Positions 27,373 through 39,437 of a DNA stretch of 64,000 nt are shown piece by piece. The position numbers and the translations under genes were made by a program. The notes under the pieces were generated by a model. The model was not told where the DNA came from and did not search any database. It saw only the letters and a list, made by a program, of their open reading frames with translations. The stretch is from Octopus vulgaris. Taxonomy: Eukaryota. The stretch lies in the NCBI GenBank assembly GCA_951406725.2, contig OX597831.1, positions 63,798,001 to 63,862,000 of the forward strand, in the 5' to 3' direction. The number at the start of each line of letters is the position of its first letter. Position 1 is the stretch's first letter.

Positions 27373-28155
27373 TATCCACCCTCTTTATAACATATTTTAA
27401 ATGAATTTTATATACATTTTTTTATGTGATCAAGCCGTTGTAATATCAAAGTCGTTCTAGCTATGACCAACCCTTATTATTTTCAGGATTTAGCATTTTC
27501 AGATATTTATCTTTGATATATGTAGTACCACCATATTGTCCAATTTATGGTACTATTTTAAAGAGTAGAATGTGGAATTTGGCGAGTTACATTTGTAACT
27601 CGAGTACTTTTACCCCGGCAATTATTTAATTAAAATCTACCCATGCAATCAAAAAGGAGGAAATGACTCATAGACATGCACTGTCGTTATAAACAATTAG
27701 CAAACGTCATCAGCCTATTACGCTTGACCTCTCCTACGGAGATGCAGGTGACTGCGTCGATACGAAGACGTAATTGCCTGATGACAAGCTGTTACTTTGC
27801 ATCATAACAACACTGCTCTGTCTACAGTTACGATGGTTAACTTTTCATGGCCCAATTTACCGACAATTAGACAGCAGGAGCCCACCACTTACGAATCAGT
27901 TACTTAATCGAGTGTTTAATTTGTAAGTGGTCCTGATTTCGGTTTCTAGATGTACCACGATAGAATTGTTAACATTGTATTGGTAGCGATATAACCATTT
28001 CCGTTACGACCATAATAGAAACTTAAGAGCAATAAGAAGAAATTTCTTACCTGTGGCGTGTATGCGTATCTCAGAACAAGAGGCAAGTTCCATGACTGGG
28101 AAGTTCGCTGTCCACTTTCAATACAATACTAAAATCCAAATCAGTTCTTAAATCA

Positions 28156-28575
28156 GGTGTAGGATTGGCTGTGTGGTAAGTAGCTTGCTTGCCAACCACA
28201 TGGTTCCGGCTTCAGTCCCACTGCGTGGCACCTTGGGCAAGTGTCTTCTGCTATAGCCTCGGGTCGACCAAAGCCTTGTCAGTGGATTTGGTAGACGGAA
28301 ACTGAAAGAAGCCCGTCGTATATATGTATATATATATGTATGTGTGTGTTGTGTGTGTATGTTTATGTGTCTGTGTTTGTCCACCCCAACATCGCTTGAC
28401 AACCGCTGCTGGTGTGTTTACGTCACCGTAACTTAGCGGTTCGACAAAAGAGACCGATAGAATAAGTACTAAGCTTACAACGAATAAGTCCTGGAGTCGA
28501 TTTGCTCGATTAAAGGTGGTGTTCCAAAATGGCCACAGTCAAATGACTGAAACAAGTAAAAGAGTAAAGAGTAAA
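28156..28575 (+). mobile_element. SINE family B
   Basis: Full-length homologue of 25113-25525. Confidence 0.9.
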
Positions 28576-28975
28576 GTGTAATAGTATTAAGTCTTCGAAA
28601 AAAAATAGACACGAATGTGAGATCCATTCTTTTTTTAAAACTGTGGTTCTGTCCTTAAATAAACTGCTATTCTTTCTGTACTTCAAATAGTAAAAACTTT
28701 ATATTTGTTTTGTTTAGCGCTTCATTGAGCTCTCTTAAGCCTTAGTGGTGACCAACCACTAGTGGTGGCCTTAGTGGCGACCAACCGAATGTTTTTCAGA
28801 CATTATATGTCTAAGACAGCCCTGGGTAAATGTCTTTCGTGAAGCGGGTTGCATGAAACATGACTCGTCATCAGCCGGTGCCCACCATTAAAAATGTTCA
28901 AGGTAATTTTTTGTTAAGCATACCACTATGAAAGTTATGCGGTCTGTAGTTTGTCGGAAACTAATGTAGGACTCT

Positions 28976-29274
28976 GTGGAGGCACATGGCCTAGTGGTTA
29001 GAGCAGCGAACACGCGGTCGAGGGATCATGTGTTCGAATCTCAGACCGGGCGATGTGTGAGTTTATGAGCGAAACACCTAAGCTCCACGCGGCTCCGGCA
29101 GAAGGTAATGGCGAAACTTCTGCTGACTCTTTCGCCACAACTTTCTCTCACTCTTTCCTCCTGCGTCTTGCAGCTCACCTGCGACGGACCGGCGTCCCGT
29201 CCAGGTGGGGAACCTATGCGCCAATGAAACCGGCCCTTATGAGCCAGGCATGGCTCGAGAAGGAACAAACAAAC
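28976..29274 (+). mobile_element. SINE family C (tail type 2)
   Basis: 13-bp TSD aatgtaggactct at 28963-28975 and 29275-29287; (aaac)n tail. Confidence 0.92.
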
Positions 29275-30051
29275 AATGTAGGACTCTATTATTCGGAGAG
29301 CGGAGTTTGAGTGGGACTTCTAGCAGGTGAAACGACAACGTAGAAATTTCCTTAGGGCTCAAAGATAGAGTCGTTCCGTATCTTCGTCTATCTTCATTAT
29401 TTTATTTCTTGTAATAACCCACTCTCACTACTTCTGATAGCCAAACAGTGAACCAAACATCACCAACGTTACAACACTGACACGCATGCGCGCACACACT
29501 CGCGTATGCACGCATACTAAGCAACAACAACAACGGTTAAATAACTTTTATCTATTAAAAGTTGACTCAAAGACTGTGAGGTAATTTCCTTTGAAATAAA
29601 CTTCACCTTTCATCACACCGGGCTCATTAAAATAAGTACCAAATGGCCACTTTATGTTGCATATTTATGATCTTGTACTGAATTGAAATAGTTATAAGAA
29701 GAAAGTAACGCCATCTTTGTGTTCAATATAAATCATAGCGCAATAACAACGTAAATAGTAAGGATCCTGCAAATTGTTATCATTGCCCTGATGATACATC
29801 TCAAGGATGTAGTGTCTGAAACATTTCACAACCAAGTCATTTACTTGTCTTCATATATTCTACCAAGGGAGGTAATTTTTAAAAAGAGCTCGACGATCAA
29901 GAGGAACTCTGAAATATATCCAGTAATTTTTAAGAGTCTGACGAGATAATGTTACAGGAAATTATGCAGTTGGGATTCCAAAAACGTAGATTTCAGCAAG
30001 GTAAGCACAAACTCTTTGATACAGTCATTAAGTGTTTACTGTTGCAATAAG

Positions 30052-30398
30052 GCGCATGTAAAGGTGCATGGCTCAGTGGTTAGAGCGTCGAGCTTACGAT
30101 CGTGAGGTTGTGAGCTCGAATCCCGGACCGGGCTGCGTGTTGTGTTCTTGAGCAAGACACTTTATTTCACGTTGCTCCAGTTAACTCAGCTGTAGAAATG
30201 AGTTGCGACGTCACGGGTGCCAAGCTGTATCGGCCCCTTTGCCTTTCCCTTGGATAACACTGGTGGCGTGGTGAGGGGAGGCCGGTATGCATGGGCAACT
30301 GCTGGTCTTCCATAAACCACCTTGCACGGACTTGCGCCTGGGAGGGTAACTTTCTAGGTGCAATCCCATGGTCAGTGTCGTAACCGAAGGGGGACCCG
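30052..30398 (+). mobile_element. tRNA-derived SINE, family D
   Basis: 14-bp TSD actgttgcaataag at 30038-30051 and 30399-30412; A box tggctcagtggtt; homologue at 57381. Confidence 0.9.
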
Positions 30399-31109
30399 AC
30401 TGTTGCAATAAGACTTTAGATAATTTTCTCCAGCCTTTTCGAGTGTTTCTTGTAACTCTTCCAAGAAAATGTAGCTGAGAGCATTTTGTAGCACGGAACA
30501 GTATTTCTTTGTCACAAGATATAAACTAGGAGAGAGGCAAAGAGAAAAGTTATATATTTCTGCTTACAAAATTCGCGTCTATTAGTACCACAAACTCTTC
30601 AGGAAGTATCGAGAGAAAATCTTTCAATCGGAAAATGCAAAAGCTATGATACTATTTTCTATATCTTTAAAACGGAAAACTCTGCCAAAATATGGGCTGA
30701 AATTGTCAGATTTAATTCTGACTATACATTAGAGTCACAGCGGATGGGCCAAAGAAACATAAGTCACAATAAGGGGATATTGGACGTGATATAGACCGAT
30801 GCCTAATAGTAATTTGTCTGTCACTATATAGGAGAGTGCTCAAAGTAGGGCTAATGAAAGGTAACCTGTGGGCCAGAGGCCATGAAATGGACTTGAAGGC
30901 CCTAATAGCCTTCAAACACCGCAGTGCTATACCGAAAAAGGAGCCCAGCGGAAGGCCATGGTATTAAGATTAAAGATTAAGACCAAGAAGCTTAATTATT
31001 ACATTTGTCGGGGTAAAACAGACGTTAAAGCTGAATACCTGGAAAGACGGAGCAGGTTAACTAAAAACAAGTAAAACGAAAATAATGGAGAGCAAGAGCA
31101 AGTACTTTT

Positions 31110-31239
31110 GCAAAACCTGGTACTTGTTTTATCGGTCACTTCTGCCGAACTGCTAAGTTACATGGAAGTAAACATACCAACAGCGGTTGGCAAGCAGTGG
31201 TGAGGGACAAACACAGACACAAACACACACATACACATG

Positions 31240-31291
<52 letters not shown>

Positions 31292-31468
31292 AATATATAT
31301 ATATATACGACGGGCTTCTTTCAGTTTCCGTCTACCAAATCCATTCACAAAACTTTGATCGGCCCAAAGCTATAGCAGAAGACAATTGCTCAAGGCACAA
31401 CATCCTGGGACTGAACCCGAAACTATGTAGTTGTGAAGCAAGCTTCTTACCACAAAGCCACGCCTGCT
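31110..31468 (-). mobile_element. SINE family B (diverged)
   Basis: Shares ttctttcagtttccgtctaccaaatcc and the internal microsatellite. Confidence 0.8.
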
Positions 31469-32218
31469 GATATATGTATGTGGATATGCGTATGATCGTG
31501 TGTTTATGTAAGTGTATATAAATATAAGTCTATACATATATATATGCGCGTATGTATATATATGTGTGTGTGTGTGTGTGTATGTATGTATGCATGCATG
31601 CATGTATGTATGTATGTATGTATGTATGTATGTATGTATGTATGTATGTATGTGTCTATGTGTCATGTATATGTGCGTGTACCTTTAAAATTGCATGACG
31701 TCTCTAACCACTTCCCTCCGTAATTTGTAAACGCGGTTTTTCTCATCCCCTTCACATAATTTTTTCTCTCTTTGTAAACCCCAATTAAAGTTTCGTTCTC
31801 TTTGTTTCTCTTTGAACTTTTGCGACTAATTAAGAAATGTTTATTATTATTAATGCTGTTGTCGAGATGAAGGTTTTGAAAAATACATTGTGCTTGAGGA
31901 AAGAATTCTTTTTGTCTTTTTTGATCGAATAACAAAAGCCTAAATGAGAATACATTATTCTCGAAATGAAATTAACAAAACATTACGTAAAATCTGTAAA
32001 AAAAAATATGACAGATGAAGAAATATGAACAAAAGGATTGAAATCTTCTGAAGATTTGTCAATGTTTATAAAAATAATTACCAAGACTAAATTTATTCAT
32101 ATTTAATTCACCACATGAAGATTCTACATGTGTCATGCAAGACATTTTCTGTGCATGTGAGAATATATAAAATAAAAGGCACAAGAAAAATATGTTTACA
32201 CAAGAAAAGAAAAAAACA

Positions 32219-32412
32219 TTACGGAGATGTACTTGCATAGCGAGTGACTTGATCTGAGATCGTGTGCTGGAACGAAAACAATTGCAGCGTGGAAGGTGTT
32301 TTTATAAGCCATTTAAGAAACACACAAAACCGTTAGATTCACTTCAACATTTAAATTTAATTTCTCAAAATATTTTCGTCGCTTTGAGACGGCGACCTGT
32401 TCACTGACAAAA
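32219..32412 (-). mobile_element. Short inserted element with a divergent hammerhead-like motif (inside the Gypsy 3' LTR)
   Basis: No counterpart seen in the 5' LTR. Minus strand reads TTTGTCA-GTGAACAG-GTCGC-N9-GCGAC-GAAA-ATATTT-TGAGAAA. Confidence 0.45.
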
Positions 32413-33844
32413 CTTCATACTGAAAATGAATACAGAAGTACTCAAACGGTGCAGAGAAAAAGTGTGTCGCTAGAAAACTGTTTGAATCGCACTTCACTTT
32501 TGTTGCAATATGTAACACGTAAGTCTAGAGGTAGACACAGTGCGAGAAAAATTAAGTTGTGTCTGATCATAAGGTGAGTTGTAATAATCTATTATGGCGA
32601 CGAAGAGAGTTCGTTGATGATGTCATACCTCATTGGTTTCCTTTAATCCACTGATCAATTTTTAACTGTATGGCACAGTATGATCGGGAGGGGGAATCTT
32701 AGCATCACGTGACGGTGTCTCTAGCCGATGTCATAACAAGATAAACTGACTGAAGAGTAGGCCAATCACAACATTATCAAGAGGGAGCTCATCGGTTGCT
32801 ACAGAACCTCGCCACAAAACATGAAGTGGTAGAAGAAAGTTGCTGTCTCTATTAAAAATGTCATTGAGTGTGAACAGAAACAGAAATGTTTTCTCTTTTT
32901 TTTTTTTGTATATGAGTGTTAAACATTAATTGTGTAAATTCTTGTGGTCATCGAACATATCTCCCAAACTTGATATAATATTTCGTGCATGTTCCCAGGT
33001 ACTGTCAACTGTTTATTGTGGCTTTGTACATGTTCCGTTGATGCTGATGTTATATCAAACACAATAATTTATTAAGGATTAAGCCAAGCAGTCTTTTCGA
33101 GGACAGTTGGTTTTAAAAGGCTAGCTGTTGTCCTTTTATTCATTTATTTCTATTATGATTTCGCTTATATTGAATAACTTTGTATGGACCTTGCAAGGAT
33201 CAGTATCTCAGGAACAGTATCTCTGCAAAAGAAAACGTACGAGAAAATAAACAATTCTGCTGGAACGTGACTTTACCGTTTTGGCGTCGAGAGATTATCT
33301 GTAGAACCTTCGTAATCTGACTTCGCAAATGATGCACGAACTGAGATTGGATCTCCTGCTGAATCTATGTCAAACGCAGTGATCATCTGTCCAGGTAGTT
33401 TTGGAGCTATTCCTTAGAGAACTCCTTTGAAGTACTCACGGTGAAACTCGAGTCATATTTGGTTGAGCCTTAAGAGCTGTCTTAAATTAGTATTGTAAAC
33501 GTTCAATGAAGTCGTTAGGATTGAATCCTAGGGTAGTGAATCAATTTTCTAAATTCATAAAAACGACTGGATTTGAATTATACTTGACAGAGAAGAAGTA
33601 TAACTGTAGCTGTAGAAACGTGTATGATAAACTCAAAGTTGTTGTTTTATGTCACGAAATAAATTCGTGAAGGGTTGGGACATAGACATTTTCTCAGCTT
33701 GAATAGCAATATAGGAGCCGAGAAATTAAGTTTTGATTTTAATTTTCTATGCAGAGGTGGAATTCCGTCTTTATCGATAACGTGTTCCAAGAAAGTGAGG
33801 GAAGGGCCTCCGAATTCACACTTGTTGGGATTAATAACAATACC

Positions 33845-34068
33845 TATTTCTTTACAACCCACAAGGGGCTAAACAAAGAGAGGACAGACAAACGAATTAA
33901 GTCGATTATATCGACCTCAGTGCGTAATTGGTACTTATTTAATCGACCCCGAAAGATGAAAGGCAAAGTCGACCTCGGTAGAATTTGACCGCAGAACGTA
34001 GCGGCAGACGAAATACTGCTAAGCATTTCGCCCGGCGTGCTGACGTTTCTGCCAGCTCGCCGCCTTTA
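33845..34068 (-). mobile_element. SINE family A inserted in the Gypsy RT
   Basis: 15-bp TSD attaataacaatacc at 33830-33844 and 34069-34083. Confidence 0.93.
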
Positions 34069-34627
34069 ATTAATAACAATACCATGACATCAAAGATGTC
34101 CGATCCGGGTTATGAGATGTTTGAGGATTTTGCCCCTAAAAGTCGTCGTTATAAACAAACACAAATGGTAGATCCTGCGGAGCAGAGTCTATAAAACGTT
34201 GGAACATTTCAAAAGCATGTCATAGAGCAGATGACATGCGAAGGAATTCAAACAGTCCGAGAGGCAACGCTACGGCTATTTTATGAATATAACCCAAAAT
34301 AATAGACATCTGGTGATAATTATTCACTGGATCAATTTTAGAGCAGAAAAATTATGGAAGTGAAGTATCAGATATCTATATTAATCTCCACATGACTGCA
34401 AATCACATGACAATTTTTAAGAGACTATGTAAAGGAAAGATAACTATAGGCTTTGAGAAAGGCGGGCAATTCCTAACTGCATCATGTGTTGAAACTCAAC
34501 TTTGACAATATTTCAGCTGAGCAGGATCAGGCCTTCGAGAACGAGCAGCAACTATTGGTTACGATGTGATGCGCAACAAAATCAGTAGCTTATTTTTTAT
34601 GTATCATTGATCAGATTTGGTCAACGT

Positions 34628-34861
34628 CAAGGCGGCAAGCTGGCAGAAACGTTAACACGCTGGGCGAAATGTTTAGCGGTATTTCGTCTGCCGTTACGTT
34701 TTGAGTTCAAATTCCGCCGAAGTCGACTTTGCCTGTCATCCTTTCGGGGTCGATAAATTAAGTACCACTTACGTACTGGGGTTGATGTAATCGACTTAAT
34801 CCGTTTGTCTGCCCTTGTTTGTCCCCTCTATGTTTAGCCCCTTGTGGGCAATAAAGAAATA
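34628..34861 (+). mobile_element. SINE family A inserted in Gypsy pol
   Basis: 15-bp TSD agatttggtcaacgt at 34613-34627 and 34862-34876. Confidence 0.93.
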
Positions 34862-35149
34862 AGATTTGGTCAACGTACTGTTTTACAAGAGTCTCATATT
34901 TGTTTTTGCTGGTGTCGGAAATAGTGGACTAACACGTTTCGAAAAATCACTGGGAGGTAATAAGTTGGTAGTGGAATCCAATTAACGTCGCCGTTTTAAA
35001 TCCACAAGAAGACCAAAGTGATATGAGAAGTCTGCGCCTATAATTTGGATGGATAATTCCAGCCATTACAATGAAAATTCTTTTAAAACTTCTACGATGA
35101 CCTAAACTGAAAGTTAACTGGGATTACTAATAAGGTTTGACTCATTCCA

Positions 35150-35458
35150 TCGCTTACGACGAGGGTTCCAGTTGATCCAATCAATGGAACAGCCTGTTCG
35201 TAATATTAACATGCAAGTGGCTGAGCACTCCACAGATACGTGTACCCTTAATGTAGTTCTCAGAGAGATTCAGCGTGACACAGAATGTGACAAGGCTGGC
35301 CCTTTTGAATTACAGGTACAATTCATTTTTGCCTGCTGAGTGGACTGGAGCAATGTGAAATAAAGTGTCTTGCTCAAGGACACAACGCCGCACACTAGAG
35401 AATCGAACTCACGACCTTACGATTGTGAATCGATTAACCATTAAGCCACGCGCCTTCA
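35150..35458 (-). mobile_element. SINE with tail type 3 on a different (CORE-like) head
   Basis: Tail shared with the 24450 and 58175 copies; head contains the reverse complement of ccttgagcaagacacttt. Confidence 0.7.
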
Positions 35459-35487
35459 GTACAATCGGAACAATATCACATGCTTTT

Positions 35488-35723
35488 CGAAGGCGGCGAG
35501 CTGGCAGAAACGTTAGCACGCCGGGCGAAATGCGTAGCCGTATTTCGTCTGCCGTTACGTTTTGAGTTCAAATTCCGCCGAGGTCGACATTGCCTTTCAT
35601 CCTTTCGGGGTCGATTAAATTAAGTACCAGTTACGCACTGGGGTTGATGTAATCGACTTAATCCGTTTGTCTGTCCTTGTTTGTCTCATCTATGTTTAGC
35701 CCCTTGTGGGCAATAAAGAAATA
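35488..35723 (+). mobile_element. SINE family A
   Basis: 16-bp TSD aatatcacatgctttt at 35472-35487 and 35724-35739. Confidence 0.93.
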
Positions 35724-35969
35724 AATATCACATGCTTTTTACATGCGGAGAAAATGTGCGGAAATTTGAGCGCCCATATCAATTAAAAGATTGCTTTTTG
35801 AGGTGTTATCATATAAAAAAGTGGGTGACTTTCCATTGATGATTCAACAAATTCGTCGTGTCTATTTACCGTTTTGGGAGTTTCCCGAAAAACAAGAGAA
35901 ACCAGAATCAGTGCATGCGGTAAATTACAGTGTTGGGTACTTTTGCGAGGTTTCACACAGAAGTTACAG

Positions 35970-36386
35970 GGATATTTTCGGTTTGACCGGCAGTTTTTTC
36001 TAGCGGTGTCATATGAAATTGTCACCCATAATTATGACCCTAGTATCGATCTATTGCATTTCAATCTCTTTTAGGGTTAGGGTTAGGGGTGGGGGGAAGG
36101 GTATCTTTTTACTTCAGAAATGTAAATAAACCCAATCTGTTTCTTAAACGAGGGACATATTCATACGGCACAGAATGTTTTCACCTCAACAGACGTCATT
36201 GATTGGTTGAAATTGCAGAAATTGAAGAAAAAAACTCAACAAATATCTTACAAACTATAGAATTTTCTCAATAAAGCCAAGAGAAAAAGATGTTTTATAA
36301 ACACATTCTACCAGTATACGAAGTTTAAAAGTGTTTAGTTACGTGGAAATTACTTTTAAAAACTGCCGGTCAAACCGAAAAGATCC
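35970..36386 (+). mobile_element. TTAGGG-containing MITE (copy 2, in Gypsy gag)
   Basis: TIRs GGATATTTTCGGTTTGACCGGCAGTTTTT / AAAAACTGCCGGTCAAACCGAAAAGATCC; (TTAGGG)3. Confidence 0.9.
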
Positions 36387-37351
36387 AGTTTCTATAGTAC
36401 CAACAGTAGTGTTGATATCACTTTGAAAGACAGGACAAGGGCTTCGAAGATGCGAAAGCCTGAGAAAGAAATTGCGTTTGGGATCAGAAAAGCCAGGTAG
36501 GCCCAAACGTTCGATATGTACAATAAGTGTTTGCAACGAAATTATTACAATAGGGATGTTCTGCGAATGAGAAGCAGAAGCAGCGAGTAGATCCCCAAGA
36601 GTATGCACCGGCGTATAAACTTCAGAAATTTTATCTACCAACTAATTTTTCAACGATAACTTTTTAACAGAAACAAGAATAGACGAGGCAGGAATAATTG
36701 TTTGAAGTATTGACTGCTTCATTCGTTGAAGAAAGGTTTTTGTCACTCTACTCTGAATTCGGCAATATTCGAAGATTCTCTTATGGAATGGAAACACTTT
36801 TAATGACTTCACATTTTCAATTGTTCGTTTATAAAAGAACCGGGAGTTGCTGTGGTAATATCTTCATCGACAGGGATTGAGACAAACTACTAATTATGAG
36901 ATGATACTGAGCAACACCTGGGAAAAGCCTTGTTTGCTGTAAGAAAAATAATTTGAGTCGGTCATAAGGTGAGATTGCCCGTTCATGTTGGTTTAGCAGC
37001 AGTCATCATGCCTGATATGGCAGCAGCTGTGGGAGAACAAGGAAGTATTTGAAAGAGGATAGAACGGTGAACAAGATAAAATAGCAGAGTGTAGTTTTTA
37101 ACTACACTTTGAATTTTTTTTTTAAATCTCTCAGAATTGACATTTTCTTATCATAATTCTTATATGCAAATGCTATGTAGAAATTATCATTTATGATAAT
37201 ACTAAGGTTCTGAGAGAGGTTAACAGTGTAAAAATAGTATACCTGCGAACGGAGTCACCAGTTTAAAAATGCGATGCAGGAAGAAGTAATACTAAATTTA
37301 TTCAAATTTAATTCACCAGATGAAAGTTGTACTTTGTGTAATCGATAAACT

Positions 37352-37567
37352 CCTCTTTACACTTTTACTCTTTTACTTGTTTCAGTCATTTGACTGCGGC
37401 CATGCTGGAGCACCGCCTTTATAGTCGAGCAAATCGACCCCCAGAGCTTATTCTTTGTAAGCCTGGTAATTATTCTATCGGTTTCTTTTGCCGAACTGCT
37501 AAGTTACGGGAACGTAAACACACCAGTATCAGTTGTCAAGCGATGCTGGGGGGGACAAACAGACACA

Positions 37568-37621
<54 letters not shown>

Positions 37622-37789
37622 CATACGACAGGCTTCTTCCAGTTTCCGTCTACCAAATCCACTCACAAGGCTTTGGTCGGCCCGAGGCTATAGTAGAAGA
37701 CACTTGCCCAAGATGCCACGCAGTGGGACTGAAGCCGAGCCCATATGGTTCATAAGCAAGCTATTTACTACACAGCCGCTCCTGCGCCT
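37352..37789 (-). mobile_element. SINE family B inserted in the Gypsy 5' LTR
   Basis: Full-length reverse-complement copy. Confidence 0.88.
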
Positions 37790-39000
37790 ATAAATGCACG
37801 TGAGAAAAAAATGCACGAACATTACATTTTTCGTGAGAGAGGAAAATATTAACTGCAATGGCAGAAATTACAATACATACGGAATTGTTGAAACGGAGCA
37901 CAGTAAAAGGGTTCCAGAAAATACTGTAAAATTTCGTTAATTTTTCTTTTCTGGATGGAAAACAGTTTGTACATCTGTTCAATATATTACAAGGTGTAAA
38001 ATACAAATCTAGAAAATGTGGGCAAAAAGAAAAATTAAGTTTTACATCTGACCACAAAGCGAGTTTTAACAATCCGTTACGGCAACGAAAGGAGTTAATT
38101 AATGGCTCATTCCGTGTCGTCGATTCCCGCTCAATTTTAATTGTATGGCATAATATATTCTAATGGTATTGTGTGGTGCTACGTGACAGTGTCTGTAGTT
38201 GACACCATGACAAAATAAGCTGACTAAAAAGCACAGTAGTTATGTGGTTATGAAAAGGCGTAACGTCAGTTGCTACAAATTAATATACTGTAGAGAAAAG
38301 GAAAAATAATCAACGTTTCGTGTACAGGTCCTTTCTCAAACAAATAAATGAAAACACGTGAAGAAAGAACTTTGAAAAATCAGCAAACGGTGGCAGTAAT
38401 GGGTGACGGAATGGGATAGATGGGTTTATTGACATGTGATTGATGTTCTCGTTGTTCAAGAAAATTATTCACGACGTCAGAATGTTATCAAGGAAGATAT
38501 ACTTTTCAAGTTTTCAAATATTGCTGACAAAAAAAAATCTGGAAAACATTATTAAAACAGGAATTAATCTAAAATGGTCAAATTGGAATGATTTAAAGAA
38601 AAATCATTATATTGCACACACATCCCCACTACACACACACACACACAGTTATTTGTGCCTTTTCTGAGTAATATTGTCACCATGAAGACAGTTCGTTTTC
38701 ACTTAATATCTTCCTGAAATCTCTTTCTGTTGTCGATATTGCCCTGTTTCAGGAATACCTCTTATAACACCGAATCAGGTGTTATATTGAAAGGAGGAGA
38801 GAAAGAGATAACCAACTAAAATATAGTTTGAAGGAAAGGGTGAGTGTTAATCATTTTCGGATAAAACTCCAAATTTCGAAACTATTATATTCATAAAAGC
38901 ATCCATTTTAAACGTCATGTCTACCAACAGCCGTATCTCTCCCACTCTTCTCCCATCACAACGTATTGTTCAGAAGAGTCGTAGTGAATAACAGAGGCTA

Positions 39001-39437
39001 GTATCTTTTCGGTTTGAACGGCAGTTTTTTCTAGCGGTGTCATATGAAATTGTCACCCACAATTATGACCCTAGTATCAATCTATTGCATTTCAATCTGT
39101 TTTAGGGTTAGGGGTGGGGTTAGATAGAGTTAGGGGTGGGGGGAAGGGTATCTTTTTTTTTCTTCAGAAATGTAAATAAACCCAATCTGTTTCTTAAACG
39201 AGGGACATATTCATACGGCACAGAATGTCTTTTTTTACCCCAATGGACGTCAGTGATTGGTTGAAATTGCTGAAATTGAAGAAAAAGAACAACAAGTATC
39301 TTACAAACTATAGAATTTTCTCAATAAAGCCAAGAGAAAAAGATATTTTATAAACACATTCTACCAGTATACGAAATTTAAGTGTTTAGTTACGTGGAAA
39401 TAATTTTTTAAAACTGCCGGTCAAACCGAAAATATGC
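39001..39437 (+). mobile_element. TTAGGG-containing MITE (copy 3)
   Basis: Same TIRs and body; degenerate telomeric array at ~39102-39150. Confidence 0.88.

Larger units (their letters stand above)
33330..36910 (-). pseudogene. Gypsy gag-pol pseudogene
   Basis: Minus-strand relics: gag VDKISEV...RSP; protease LIDMGAQIS (~35760-35790) and IIGADFSYHFGLLVDLKRRR; RT LGLFEFLRM, FQRFID..DLPFVFVYNDD and GIVINPNKCEFG..LTFLEHVIDKDGI; integrase-end ALKAQPN and KLPGQM. Confidence 0.88.
32063..38277 (-). mobile_element. Ancient full-structure Ty3/Gypsy LTR retrotransposon with nested insertions
   Basis: Diverged direct repeats at ~32063-32803 and ~37261-38277, both starting TGTAGCAAC on the minus strand and sharing actaaatttattca..tttaattcacca. 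PBS TGGTGACTCCG at 37250-37260. Gag, PR, RT and IN relics lie between them in the expected order. Confidence 0.85.
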
